Source of the DNA: an uncultured archaeon
GTDB taxonomy: Archaea > Thermoproteota > EX4484-205 > JAAOZP01
Length of the DNA: 64,000 bases
Direction: 5' to 3'
Assembly (NCBI GenBank): GCA_938045545.1
Contig: CALIBN010000012.1
Location: forward strand, 78,368-142,367
Both the position numbers and the translations under genes were made by a program. Below the pieces are notes generated by a model that saw only the letters and a list, made by a program, of their open reading frames with translations, was not told the origin of the DNA and ran no database searches. Of the stretch, positions 47,824 through 58,327 are shown piece by piece; the first letter of the stretch is position 1, and every line of letters starts with the position of its first letter.

Positions 47824-47892
47824 GCCGGATGCAGTAAAGCACGCTTGGAGAAAAAGGCAAGCCTTATTAAAGGGACTGTGTGAAACAAGCTA

Positions 47893-50331
47893 GTGCTTTC
47901 GAACCCTGAGATGAACAGCCAGCCGGTTAAGCATTCGGAGGCTCTTTTAACCCTCACGAGAATTGAACAGCTTCTCAGAGACCTAAAGGATAAGCCCTCC
48001 TACTACGTTGACATGCATATTCATTCAAAGTATAGCAGGGCTACAAGCTTAGACATGACTCTGGAGAATATTGCTTTCTCCGCCAAGTTGAAGGGCCTTA
48101 ACATCGTCGGCACAGGTGACTGCACACACCCCAGGTGGCTAAAAGAACTTGAGAAGAGCCTTGTGGAGGAGAACCCTGGGCTCTTCAGGCTCAGGAGTGA
48201 AAAGAATCCTGAGAACGCTACTCTTTTCCTAATCCAAGGCGAGGTTAACACTGTTTACCAGGAGGGGGATATGGTTAAGAGGATTCACCACGTGGTTCTC
48301 TTCCCTGATTTCGACACTGTTAAACAGGCCTGTGATGTTTTGAAACATGTTGGCGACCTAAGTGCTGACGGCAGGCCCCTGCTGAAATGCAGCTCGCCGG
48401 AACTCGTGGAAATTCTTAAAAGCGTTTCGAGAAGCGTTGAGGTTTTCCCCGCCCACGTGTGGACCCCGCATTTCAGCATCTTCGGCGTCCATGGCTACAT
48501 CAGCGTTAGGGAGTGCTATAAGGATAAGACTGGTGAGATACACGCGTTGGAAACAGGGCTCTCTTGCTATGATGAAGAGACGGAAGTCTTAACAGAGGAT
48601 GGGTGGAAAAAAATTCCTGAAATACAACCAAGCGATAAAATATACACTCTCAATCCTGAAACGAGTGAAATCGAACTTCAATATCCCAGAGGAATATTCT
48701 CCTATACGTATGAAGGTAAAATGTACAGGTTGAAAACCCGACGAGTTGATTTGCTTGTCACGCCGAATCATAATCTCTTCATCGCCACGTGTGATTTCAG
48801 AAAACCGAAACCATTCTTCTTGAAGCAAGCAAGAGAAGTATTTGGAAAGCCTAAGTGTTTTAAGAAGGATGGAAAATGGAACGGTGAAGAGGAAGAATAT
48901 TTTATCCTTCCCTCCGTAGAGATTAGACATGGAAACAGGTACTATTCCGGCCTGGGGAGGGAGCCTGAGAAAAAGATACCGATGAAAGATTGGTTAAAAT
49001 TCTTTGGATTTTGGCTGGCTGAAGGCTGGACAACCAAGGGGAAAGATGGAGACTATAATGTTTGCATTTCTTGCACTAATGAGAAGCTAATTTCCCAAAT
49101 GAAAAGATTGGTTCGAAGCTTCGGGTATAGGCCCCTTTATAACAGGAAAACCCACGTGCTTAGAGTTAAAAGCTATCAGTTGTTCACATACCTTAAGCAA
49201 TTTGGTAGATGTCACGAGAAATTTGTTCCGAAAGAGGTGAAATCGCTTTCAAAAGACCTTCTCACTATATTGCTTAACTATTACCTTAAAGGCGATGGCC
49301 ATGTTTATGGGAGGACTAATAAGGGATTATCGGCAACTACAACCTCCATAAGGCTCAGGGATGACTTGCAGGAAATAGCTTTAAAAGTCGGGATATCTGC
49401 CTATTTTAAGCTTGATAAGAAAAAGGACACTCCCTTGCGAGATTCCTCCCCAGGAAAAATTTATAGACGAGACCATGATTCCTGGACGGTTTACTTCATT
49501 AGAAAAAACACACATATTGTTATCCCTTCATCTATAAAGAAAAATAACTATGTAGAAAAATGGGTAGATTTTAAAGGAAGAGTATATTGCGTTTCGGTTC
49601 CTAACAGAGTAATTTATGTGAGGAGAAATGGGATCCCTGTATGGTGTGGTAATTCTGATCCCCCGATGAACTGGAGGGTTTCGAGAAACGATCCTTACAC
49701 CCTCGTTTCAAACAGTGATTCCCACTCGTACTATCCTTGGAGGCTTGGGAGAGAGGCCAACTTGATGCTTCTCGAAGAGTTGAGCTACAGAAGCGTTTTG
49801 AACGCGATCCGTAAACAGGGGCGTTCCAGAATAATTCTGACAATTGAAACCTACCCCGAATACGGGAAATACCATTACCCCGGCCACAGGGGATGCTCGG
49901 TTTCAGTCGACCCTGAGAAATATTTCAGGCTTAATGGAATCTGCCCAGTGTGCGGTAGGAGACTTACTCCAGGCGTAGAGACCCATATAGAGGAGCTCGC
50001 CGACCGTCCTAAAGGGGTTAAGCCTAGAGACGCTGCAGACTATGTTCACCTAATACCGTTATCTGAAATAATAGGCTACGTTCACTCTACACGCCCTAGC
50101 TCTAAGAAGGCTTGGAGCATCTATTACAGTCTGATAAGGGAGTTTGGAAGCGAGTACCGCCTGCTGATTGAAACGCCTGTCGAAGAAATAGCGAAGCACG
50201 ACAGGAAGCTGGCGCAAGCGATCGAGATGGTTAGAAAGGACAGGGTTAGAATAAGACCTGGCTACGATGGCGTCTACGGGGAGATCGATGGCTTCTACAG
50301 CCAGGGCAGGTTGACGGGTTTTTGCAAATAG
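47893..50331 (+). CDS. endoQ: Endonuclease Q (PHP domain) precursor with intein; about 449 aa after splicing
   Basis: DMHIHSKYSRATS, GTGD.THP, PAHVWTP, ETGLS/SDPPMNWR, SNSDSHS, GKYH..GHR.C, CPVCG, PGYDGVYG. Confidence 0.92.
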   Translation: MLSNPEMNSQPVKHSEALLTLTRIEQLLRDLKDKPSYYVDMHIHSKYSRATSLDMTLENIAFSAKLKGLNIVGTGDCTHPRWLKELEKSLVEENPGLFRLRSEKNPENATLFLIQGEVNTVYQEGDMVKRIHHVVLFPDFDTVKQACDVLKHVGDLSADGRPLLKCSSPELVEILKSVSRSVEVFPAHVWTPHFSIFGVHGYISVRECYKDKTGEIHALETGLSCYDEETEVLTEDGWKKIPEIQPSDKIYTLNPETSEIELQYPRGIFSYTYEGKMYRLKTRRVDLLVTPNHNLFIATCDFRKPKPFFLKQAREVFGKPKCFKKDGKWNGEEEEYFILPSVEIRHGNRYYSGLGREPEKKIPMKDWLKFFGFWLAEGWTTKGKDGDYNVCISCTNEKLISQMKRLVRSFGYRPLYNRKTHVLRVKSYQLFTYLKQFGRCHEKFVPKEVKSLSKDLLTILLNYYLKGDGHVYGRTNKGLSATTTSIRLRDDLQEIALKVGISAYFKLDKKKDTPLRDSSPGKIYRRDHDSWTVYFIRKNTHIVIPSSIKKNNYVEKWVDFKGRVYCVSVPNRVIYVRRNGIPVWCGNSDPPMNWRVSRNDPYTLVSNSDSHSYYPWRLGREANLMLLEELSYRSVLNAIRKQGRSRIILTIETYPEYGKYHYPGHRGCSVSVDPEKYFRLNGICPVCGRRLTPGVETHIEELADRPKGVKPRDAADYVHLIPLSEIIGYVHSTRPSSKKAWSIYYSLIREFGSEYRLLIETPVEEIAKHDRKLAQAIEMVRKDRVRIRPGYDGVYGEIDGFYSQGRLTGFCK
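48565..49653 (+). mobile_element. LAGLIDADG intein in EndoQ (363 aa)
   Basis: Starts CYDEETEVLT, VTPNH block B, FFGFWLAEG and YYLKGDG, ends VYCVSV..WCGN before Ser; AT-richer than exteins. Confidence 0.93.
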
Positions 50332-50392
50332 TCTAAGCCTAATTCTTACCAAAGGAATGTTGAAAAGTGAATAGGACGGTGTGAACGTAAGC

Positions 50393-51721
50393 CTAGGCTT
50401 CTTTAAGCTTCAAGTAATTAAGCTGCTTAGGCATGTAGTTGATCCTCCTAGGGGAGGGCCTGGTGCCGTATTCAACAGTCCTACCTATCGTGTCGAGAAG
50501 AACCTGCATCAATTCGCATCCCCTTATCCTGCCGAGCCCGCCGCGCACAGCCTCTCTTTCCGAGAAGACTCTCGTATCGTCCTTCCTTAAACCGTTGGAG
50601 GACACGAGTATTGGAACAGGCTCCCCCGAGTGCATCCCTCTGTCGCAAGGCGTAGTATGGTCGCCGGTTACAACTATCGTGGTTACAGCTAAAACCGATT
50701 CATCTATCATCCTCAGGTTCTCCTCGAACCGCTGTATAAACTCGTATTTGGCGACGGGGTTCCGACTATGGCTTGCAACATCCGTGCCCTTCAAATGAAG
50801 ATATACGAAGTCATATTTGCCCAGCAGTTCCAGCGCCTTGCTCAACTTTCCAGTGATGTTAGTGTTGAGAAGACCGTTAGCGCCCTCAACCCTGTAGATA
50901 TCCATGCCCGTGGCCCGGCCTATCCCCTTGTATAGCAATCCTGCGGCGACACAGGCAGCGTTAAGATCCCATTTCTCCCTGAAGCTGACCATCCTTCTCT
51001 TAACCCCGGGGCTTCTCACCAGAATAGCGTTAGCCTCGTGAAGACCCTTCTCAACCCTAATCCTGTTCAACTCGTGTCTACTCAGCCTTCTAATCGCCTC
51101 TATGGTTATGCTGTTAACCAAGTTGGCGAGCCTCCTCGCACCATCCATGTCCCTCGCCTCCTCAACAGGCTGGCAGAGTAGAACCGGCTTGCCCTCGGAG
51201 TGAGGATCATTATCAGTAACCTCGTGCGACAATCCTTCTCCTGAAACAACCATGACGAACCTGTGCTCTGAAAGAGGCTGGAACCTTACTCTGAATCCCT
51301 GGAAGTCGCCCAGCTCCTCGTTGAGAAAGCCGGTAAGCTCCCTCGTCTGCTCGCTGCCTATTCTCCCAGCCCGCCTGTCTACAACAACCGGGTATCCGTT
51401 ATCAACCCTGACCGTCGCAAGATTACCCCTGAAGGCTATCTCGCCCTCCTCCAGCTCAACACCCTCGCCCAAGGCTTCAATAGGGCCCCTACCGAAATAC
51501 TCCTTATCAATATCGTATCCGAACATGACTAGGTGTGAAACATCGCTGCTAGGTGGAACACCTGGAGCGATAACATCCATAAGTCCTTGACAACCGTTTT
51601 CCTTAAGCTTTTTGAAACCGGTGGAGTTAGCCTTTTCAAGCGGTGTTAAACCGTCTAGCTCCCTGTAGGCATGGTCGCCGAGTCCGTCCAGCACTATGAA
51701 CAGTATCCTCTCCGAGTTCAA
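50393..51721 (-). CDS. apgM: Cofactor-independent phosphoglycerate mutase, paralog 2
   Basis: DGLGD, SSDVSH, GRGPIEALG, KGTDVASH, GDHTTP, HSGEPVP. Confidence 0.9.
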   Translation of the reverse strand: MNSERILFIVLDGLGDHAYRELDGLTPLEKANSTGFKKLKENGCQGLMDVIAPGVPPSSDVSHLVMFGYDIDKEYFGRGPIEALGEGVELEEGEIAFRGNLATVRVDNGYPVVVDRRAGRIGSEQTRELTGFLNEELGDFQGFRVRFQPLSEHRFVMVVSGEGLSHEVTDNDPHSEGKPVLLCQPVEEARDMDGARRLANLVNSITIEAIRRLSRHELNRIRVEKGLHEANAILVRSPGVKRRMVSFREKWDLNAACVAAGLLYKGIGRATGMDIYRVEGANGLLNTNITGKLSKALELLGKYDFVYLHLKGTDVASHSRNPVAKYEFIQRFEENLRMIDESVLAVTTIVVTGDHTTPCDRGMHSGEPVPILVSSNGLRKDDTRVFSEREAVRGGLGRIRGCELMQVLLDTIGRTVEYGTRPSPRRINYMPKQLNYLKLKEA

Positions 51722-51776
51722 CCCTCAAGGTTTATAATGATGCTGGTGTTTAAACTTTGCTCGGGGAAAACGTTAA

Positions 51777-52412
51777 TCAGCCCCAGTAGTATAAAAGTAT
51801 CGGTAGAAACCAGGCGAAGCAGGCTGTGAAAAACAGTATGGCGAAGGAGTAGAAAATCATTGGAATATTGCGGTAAGCGTATGCGAAGAGCAGCGTCAAC
51901 ATTGAAGCGACCATAAGCAGGATGAGAACAGCCAACATCCTCCTGCTGTGCACAGCCACTAAGCCTGTTTTAGAGAAGGCTTCTAAAACGAGGAAGATTG
52001 GGAAAGCATAGATTAATCCGATTAGGAGGCTGGCTGTTAAAACGGCTCCGACCAAGCCTATTTGAAGATAGAGGGAGAAACATGTTGAAACCACTATGGC
52101 CGCAGGGAGTAGAAGAAACCTGAGGAAAGACCATCCGGGTATGCTAGTCAGGCTTCTTGAAAGCCCAGCGTATGAGGGAGTAAGCCATCTGAGAAACTCC
52201 GCGTCCAGCCCACCACCGCTCACAGCAGTATCTCTGAAGAAGTACAGGTTTTCGACAAGAGCGTGCAGCCCAGCAGCGTCTAAAACATCGCCTAAAACCC
52301 CACGGTCTGCAGCATCCTGAACCTGAGCGCAGACCCTGTTTAAACCAGCCTGGTTGAGCAGGAACAGTGCGAAAGCGGAGACGAGCAGTAGCCGCGTTGA
52401 TTGACTACTCAT
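51777..52412 (-). CDS. Membrane protein with degenerate CFI-box-CTERM-like region
   Basis: Signal peptide, FFRD..G..F..W..PS.A, three to four TM helices. Confidence 0.55.
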   Translation of the reverse strand: MSSQSTRLLLVSAFALFLLNQAGLNRVCAQVQDAADRGVLGDVLDAAGLHALVENLYFFRDTAVSGGGLDAEFLRWLTPSYAGLSRSLTSIPGWSFLRFLLLPAAIVVSTCFSLYLQIGLVGAVLTASLLIGLIYAFPIFLVLEAFSKTGLVAVHSRRMLAVLILLMVASMLTLLFAYAYRNIPMIFYSFAILFFTACFAWFLPILLYYWG

Positions 52413-52565
52413 TTGAACAGTGTTAGCTGTGCAGCCCTTTCTTTTTAGTTTTTCCTAAACGGTGTTTAGCGCGCGTGAGCAGGGACGACGACAGACGGTG
52501 CCTGCCCGAGTACTGGTTTAAAGAGCTGAATATTAGCATGAGCCTGGAGAAGATTCCTGAAGAGT

Positions 52566-52604
52566 TCAGGCTGAGTAACCTTTTCCCAGACACTGCCTCA
52601 TCAT
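52566..52604 (-). ncRNA. Candidate short box C/D guide RNA
   Basis: AUGAUGA ... GUUACUCAGC-CUGA; guide complementary to GCUGAGUAAC of crenarchaeal-type 16S rRNA. Confidence 0.35.
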
Positions 52605-53076
52605 AGCCAGGCTCTCCTCGCAATACGTCTAATAGTCTCGTAAACCTTCCGAGCATACTTCTGCAAGCCATCCTTAGCGACATTAAAGAGCATTTATCAA
52701 GGTTTTCTCACCGGTCTTAACGTACTGCTTGCCTTATAAAACAGCAGAGTTAAACGCTAAAGCCTGCTTGAAAAAGCTTTCCTCCAGAAGAGTTTCTCCA
52801 CGTGGACGATAGCAAGACGTACCACCTTCTAGCGCCGAGAATAATAGGGATGAGGAGCATGCCGGTGAAAACGCTACGGTAATCCGAGTGGCTCTACAGG
52901 ACTGACGGTCTGGACGAGATATTCAACAGTATGGCGCCGGCTTCAGAGTAAGCAGGCGGTGTTGCGAAAGATTGTTCAGTAAGTAAACGATCGTACAAAT
53001 TGGCCTTTAAATATAGTTGTGTCGCCGTTTTACAAAAAAGACGTTATATACGATTGGCGAAATGCTAAATGTCGAG

Positions 53077-53952
53077 ATGAGGAAACACGCGGTAATCGTG
53101 CTGGCAGCGTTAACGGTTATGGTACTATTAGTCTCCAACCCGACCTACGCTTACATCTGGGTGGATGAGCCGTGGCAACCGACTGGTCAGGAACAGGTTA
53201 CACCAGGGATTAGCGGATGCGTGTTCTACGATTCTAATGTGAACGGTGAGAGGGATGCGGGAGAACCCCTGTTAAGCGGAATCCTTGTGGAGCTCTTGGT
53301 CGGGGAGGACAGGGCCACGTACACGTTAACCGGCTTAACCTACAGTTTCTACAATGTTTGGGGCGAGTATACTGTTAAAGTGGGTTTAGCGGAGAACTGG
53401 GCTAGCACAACTCCCCAGGCCGTAACGTTGACGGTAGAGCAGGGGAAGACGATTATTAACGACTTCGGCATTGTCCGAATAGGGTGCTACGGCGGGGGCC
53501 ACACCGTCGGGTTCTGGAGCAGCAAGAACGGCGAAGACCAGATTAAAGATAATCCCGGTGGAGAATCCATGGAGCTTTCACTACTGTCTGGCTTTAACTT
53601 GAGGACTAGGGACGGAGGATTCTTCGAACCTAAATCGTATTCTGAACTCAGAAACTGGCTTATTAGCGCTGACGCGACGAACATGGCTTACATGCTTTCA
53701 ACTAAGCTAGCAGCCATGGTTCTGAATGTTGAAGCAGGCTTTGTCGAGGCGAATGCGATCGTCTACGCACCCGGCGTAAAGGATGGAAAAGACTTCCTAA
53801 CAATCAGCGAACTAATAAATGAAGCTAACTATCAGCTTGGGCTCGATGGTTATACTCCGAGTGGAGACCCTAACAGAGCGTATCAAGAGCTGATCAGCAT
53901 GGCGCTGGACGCTGCGAACAACAATTTGAACTTCGTCTGCACAATCCCGTAG
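53077..53952 (+). CDS. Secreted protein with SdrD B-like domain
   Basis: Signal peptide MRKHAVIVL..; ISGCVFYDSNVNGERDAGEPLLSG; GHTVGFW. Confidence 0.75.
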   Translation: MRKHAVIVLAALTVMVLLVSNPTYAYIWVDEPWQPTGQEQVTPGISGCVFYDSNVNGERDAGEPLLSGILVELLVGEDRATYTLTGLTYSFYNVWGEYTVKVGLAENWASTTPQAVTLTVEQGKTIINDFGIVRIGCYGGGHTVGFWSSKNGEDQIKDNPGGESMELSLLSGFNLRTRDGGFFEPKSYSELRNWLISADATNMAYMLSTKLAAMVLNVEAGFVEANAIVYAPGVKDGKDFLTISELINEANYQLGLDGYTPSGDPNRAYQELISMALDAANNNLNFVCTIP

Positions 53953-54183
53953 TGTAGAAGTCTTTCTGTTAGTCCAACAGTAGTCTTAGGTCTGCCAGTT
54001 TTGAGAGCACTACTAAGTTTTTCTCAACAGGTTTTATTGAAACGCCCACGTGTAAGCATGTTCATCCTTAAACCTGCTGAAAAAATTTTCTCAGACAGCC
54101 TTAAACAAATGTTTAAAATTTAGAAGGCGTAGCCTACTCATGAGCATTATGGTGGGATCCCATCGAGAAGACGTTGAAACACT

Positions 54184-55524
54184 GTGCGGAACATAGGCTC
54201 CCAGCTGGAGCTTTTCACCGACGACTGGCTCATAGCTGAGACGAGGAATGTTGAGCTGAGGCTGCACAACCCTGTTCCACAGGAGGTTTCCATTGTCTTC
54301 AACCAGCCTTGGGAGGGGAACTCCTCAGGCTACGTGACGGTTTTTAAAGACGACGCTTGCTTCAGAATGTACTACCGGGGCTCAAACCATGATTTGGAAA
54401 CCGGGGAGGCGACCCACCCGGAGTTCACGTGCTACGCTGAAAGCACAGACGGCGTTAACTGGGTTAGGCCCCAGCTGAGCCTGTTCGAGTTCAACGGGTC
54501 GAAGCAAAACAACATTGTTTGGAGCGGGGTTGGAACGCATAACTTCACGCCCTTCAGAGACACTAATCCAAACTGCCCGCGCGAAGAGTCTTACAAGGCT
54601 CTTGGGGTTGGCGACGGCGGGCTCTACGCTTTCAAGTCTCCAGACGGAGTTCGCTGGCAGCTAATGTCCAGACGGCCGGTCATAACGAAGGGTGCCTTCG
54701 ACTCGCAGAACCTGGCTTTCTGGGATAATGTTTGAAAACGTTATGTTGCTTTCTTCCGCGGCTGGCGCAACGGGGTGCGCGACATCCTGACGTGCTTCTA
54801 AGGAGACTTCGTAAACTGGACTGAGCCTGAATGGCTGGACTACGGTGACGCGCCCCAGGAGCATCTTTACACTAACGCGGTAATGCCCTACTTTCGGGCG
54901 CCGCATGTTTTCCTAGGGTTCCCGATGCGCTTCATCCCGGAGAGGATGAAGACGCCCCATCGCTACAAGGGGGTTTCCGACACCGTGCTGATGAGCAGCC
55001 GCGACGGCCTGCATTGGCGGCGGTGGACAGAGGCCTTCATCCGGCCTGGACCCATGCCTGAGCGGTGGATCAACCGTAACAACATGACTGCGTGGGGAAT
55101 GCTGGTTACGAAATCCAGGCTTACGAATGCTGCGGACGAGCTTTCACTATACTCGAGCGAGGGATACTATACTTCTGGCAACCGTCTACGCCGCTTCACG
55201 CTGCGAATGGACGGCTTTGTCTCCGTGCACGCTCCTTTTTCTGGAGGCGAGCTCGTAACACATCCCTTCGTATTCGAGGGGGAAAGACTGTTGCTAAACT
55301 ATTCCACGTCAGCCGCAGGAGGAGTAATGGTGGAAATCCTGGATGAGGATCGTAAGCCTATTCCAGGCTTTGCGATGGAGGAGGGTGTGGAGCTTTACGG
55401 AGACGAGGTTGAGGCCGAAGCCCGGTGGAGAAACGGCTCAGACATAAGCAGGCTGTCAGGCCAGGTTGTTCGCCTACGCTTAAGGATGCGGGACGCTGAC
55501 GTTTACGCTTTAAAAACCTGTTGA
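54184..55524 (+). pseudogene. Five-bladed beta-propeller glycoside hydrolase-like gene with two nonsense codons
   Basis: One frame throughout, with TGA at 54733 and TAA at 54799; YAESTDG, SPDG, SRDG repeats and RMDGFVS. Confidence 0.8.
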
Positions 55525-55679
55525 AAAAGAATAAGAATATTGGGCAATGGTAAGGCGGCACCCGCTAATACTATGCTGGCGCCGTGGAGCAAGCCCCGAT
55601 GAACACTATGCTATAGATCCGGAAGTATGCTGGTGGGAAAACTTTAAACCAGACAGGCTCATGGTTTCAAACGGCTGCG

Positions 55680-56159
55680 ATGAAGAAAGCCTACTTTGCA
55701 GGAGGATGCTTCTGGGGCGTGGAATACTTCTTCAAGAGGGCGAGGGGAGTGGTTTCAACAAGGGTCGGCTACATGGGCGGGCATAAGGAAAACCCTACTT
55801 ATGAAGAGGTCTGCAGCGGGGCAACTGGCCACTTGGAGACGGTGGAGGTTGCCTACGACCCTCGGGAGACAAGCTTTGAAGAACTTGCCAAACTTTTCTT
55901 CGAAATACACGACCCTACTCAGATTAACCGTCAGGGGCCGGATGTGGGCGAGCAATATCAATCCGCCGTCTTCTACTTGGACGAGGACCAGAAGAAGATT
56001 GCTGAAAAACTTATTTCCAAGCTTGAAGGAAAAGGATACAGGGTTGCAACTCGGCTTAGGAGAGCCAGCGTTTTTTGGCCGGCTGAAGAGCATCACCAGG
56101 ATTATTACGGGAAGACTGGTGGAAAACCGTATTGCCATTTCCACGTTAAAAGGTTTTAA
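55680..56159 (+). CDS. msrA: Peptide methionine sulfoxide reductase A
   Basis: AGGCFWG, HDPTQ, QGPDVGEQY, AEEHHQDY. Confidence 0.95.
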   Translation: MKKAYFAGGCFWGVEYFFKRARGVVSTRVGYMGGHKENPTYEEVCSGATGHLETVEVAYDPRETSFEELAKLFFEIHDPTQINRQGPDVGEQYQSAVFYLDEDQKKIAEKLISKLEGKGYRVATRLRRASVFWPAEEHHQDYYGKTGGKPYCHFHVKRF

Positions 56160-56307
56160 TCGATCTCGCCGCGGCCTAGCGGGCTACAACCCTCGGGAGC
56201 GCAACTCGTTTTAATCAACAGGTTTAGTTTTAAATAACGTGCGGAGTGGAAAAGTATTTAAACAGTTTAAGTTTGCAACTTGAGCAGCGCGGTGAGGGGA
56301 AGCATGG

Positions 56308-57651
56308 GTGAAAAAGAGGAAACGGAAGGTGCGACTGATGAGACTCACCAACATTCCACGAGACCTTCGCAACACCATAGTCCACACCCCAGCCGGTTCC
56401 CTGACACATTTCTACATGTTGGCCGGTAAGGCTGAAAAGACTACGGGTTTTAAGCACGAGTTTACTAATGCCCTGAGACAATCGTTAATGGCCTACGCTT
56501 TCAACATCTTCGGAATCGTTGCCGGAATGATCGTTGCCCACTATCTCGGTGTTTTCCGAAGCTTCCCATGGGCCTTCATCATCTACCCTCCGATTTTAAG
56601 CGCGAGAGGAGTCATAGGAGGGCTTTTCTGCGGCCGCCTGAGCACCGGGCTACACCTTGGAACAGTTCAGCCAAGCTTTCCTAAGAACACTAAAAGCTTT
56701 TACCTGCTGCTCCACGCTACCGTCGTATTAACACTTGAAGCCAGCATCCTAATGGGGCTTATTGCAGCCGTCCTATTCTTCTTTTCTCAAAGCATGTTGA
56801 AACCGGAATTTTTCAGCATTTTAACCGTCATCATGTCGACGATGGCTTTAGCCTTGGTCGTTATCTCCCCGCTCGCAATAACAGCCTCATTCCTCTCTTT
56901 CAAGCATGGTTTAAACCCGGACATTGTCCTGTACCCGGTGGAGTCAACGATAGCCGACCTGTTAATTACTCTACTCTACGTCGGGGTGCTAAATATTTTC
57001 GCCTTCAACAATTCTGCTGGACAATATTTGCTCTCCTCAATAAGTTTGACACTAGTCTTCTTCGCCATGTATTTCACGATTAGAAACTTTAGGGAGAGAG
57101 AGTTCGTGAAAACAATAAAGGAGTCCCTTCTCACAATAATTCTGGTCTCTCTAATAATAAACATAGCTGGGTCGACCTTCGGGAAAATATCGGAAATCGT
57201 GGAGGAGAGGAGAGAAATATACACTGTTTACCCGGCTCTAATCGATACCATAGGCGACGTTGGCTCCGTAGTTGGTTCCACCGCCACGACTAAACTCGCT
57301 CTAGGCATCCTTAAACCCTCTTTCTCCTCAATAACGGACCACGGTTTAGAGATTTCCAGCGCATGGCTGGCTTCCATGATCATGTACTGCGTTTACTCCC
57401 TCCTGTCTTTAATAATTCAAGGGGCCTTAACACTGCCGAATCTCCTTAGTTTCACCGTTCTACTGCTTATCGCCAATTTAATAGCTGCATCAAGCATAAT
57501 ACTAGTGGCCTATGCGGTCGCGATCCTGACTTATAAGATGGGTTTTGACCCTGACAATTTCGAAATACCGATTGAAAGCTCTATGGCTGACAGCTTAACG
57601 TCGATAGCCCTACTGGTTTCCCTCCTTATAATGGCGGGTTTTCAAGAATAA
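56308..57651 (+). CDS. MgtE-type divalent cation transporter membrane protein
   Basis: Duplicated GLNPD..P..STIAD and GFDPDN..P..SSMAD motifs; true start may be downstream (about 56416). Confidence 0.85.
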   Translation: MKKRKRKVRLMRLTNIPRDLRNTIVHTPAGSLTHFYMLAGKAEKTTGFKHEFTNALRQSLMAYAFNIFGIVAGMIVAHYLGVFRSFPWAFIIYPPILSARGVIGGLFCGRLSTGLHLGTVQPSFPKNTKSFYLLLHATVVLTLEASILMGLIAAVLFFFSQSMLKPEFFSILTVIMSTMALALVVISPLAITASFLSFKHGLNPDIVLYPVESTIADLLITLLYVGVLNIFAFNNSAGQYLLSSISLTLVFFAMYFTIRNFREREFVKTIKESLLTIILVSLIINIAGSTFGKISEIVEERREIYTVYPALIDTIGDVGSVVGSTATTKLALGILKPSFSSITDHGLEISSAWLASMIMYCVYSLLSLIIQGALTLPNLLSFTVLLLIANLIAASSIILVAYAVAILTYKMGFDPDNFEIPIESSMADSLTSIALLVSLLIMAGFQE

Positions 57652-57673
57652 GATTTAAAACATTCTCTGCCAT

Positions 57674-58327
57674 ATGTATTCGAGAGATAAATCCAAAATG
57701 CCAGAGTTTGAGAAGATAGAATACAGGCCTAAATCAGTTCGGGAAATACTCTTGGAGATGAAAAACCTATCGGAATTGATGATAGACCTAGCATACTCTG
57801 CAGCCCTTTTCAACGATAAGGATCTTGCGGAAGAGGTTCTTGAGCTTGAAAGAAGAGTTGATACGCTCGCCTATCTTCTAGACATGACGATCATGATAGC
57901 TGCGAGAGACGCTGAAGATGCTGAGGCCTTAGCAGGGGTTGCAAAAGTAGCAGGGGCAACCGATAAAATATCTGATGCCGCGGGAGACATCGCCGTGATA
58001 GTTAAGCAGGGCATAGGTGTGCACCCCGTTGTAGCTGAGATTTTTGAGAAAGTCGAGGAACACATAGCCCGGGTTAAGGTTGAGGAAAAATCTACAATCA
58101 CCGGTAAAAAAATCGGGAAACTGAACCTTGAGGCGAGAATGGGCGTTAACGTTATAGCTATCCGCAGAGGTAGAGAGTGGATAGTGAAGCCTGGGGACGA
58201 CGAGAAGATTCTTCAAGATGATGTCTTGATCGTGCGGGGAGCCCCCAAGGGAATCCACAGGTTCAAGGGGCTTGCGGAGGGAAAAATAAGGAGGGCTGGA
58301 GACAGGGATGCAGCAAAGCGGCCATGA
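57674..58327 (+). CDS. PhoU plus TrkA-C domain protein
   Basis: EMKNLSELMIDLAYSA, ISDAAGDIA, GVNVIAIRRG. Confidence 0.85.
   Translation: MYSRDKSKMPEFEKIEYRPKSVREILLEMKNLSELMIDLAYSAALFNDKDLAEEVLELERRVDTLAYLLDMTIMIAARDAEDAEALAGVAKVAGATDKISDAAGDIAVIVKQGIGVHPVVAEIFEKVEEHIARVKVEEKSTITGKKIGKLNLEARMGVNVIAIRRGREWIVKPGDDEKILQDDVLIVRGAPKGIHRFKGLAEGKIRRAGDRDAAKRP

Noticed and set aside
47822-47850. AGCCGGAUGC..GCACG resembling group II intron domain 5
   Set aside because: The lower stem carrying the AGC triad does not pair; no GUGYG 5' end or domain 6
54733-54735. In-frame TGA as selenocysteine
   Set aside because: Followed by an in-frame TAA, not a Cys-type position, no SECIS seen
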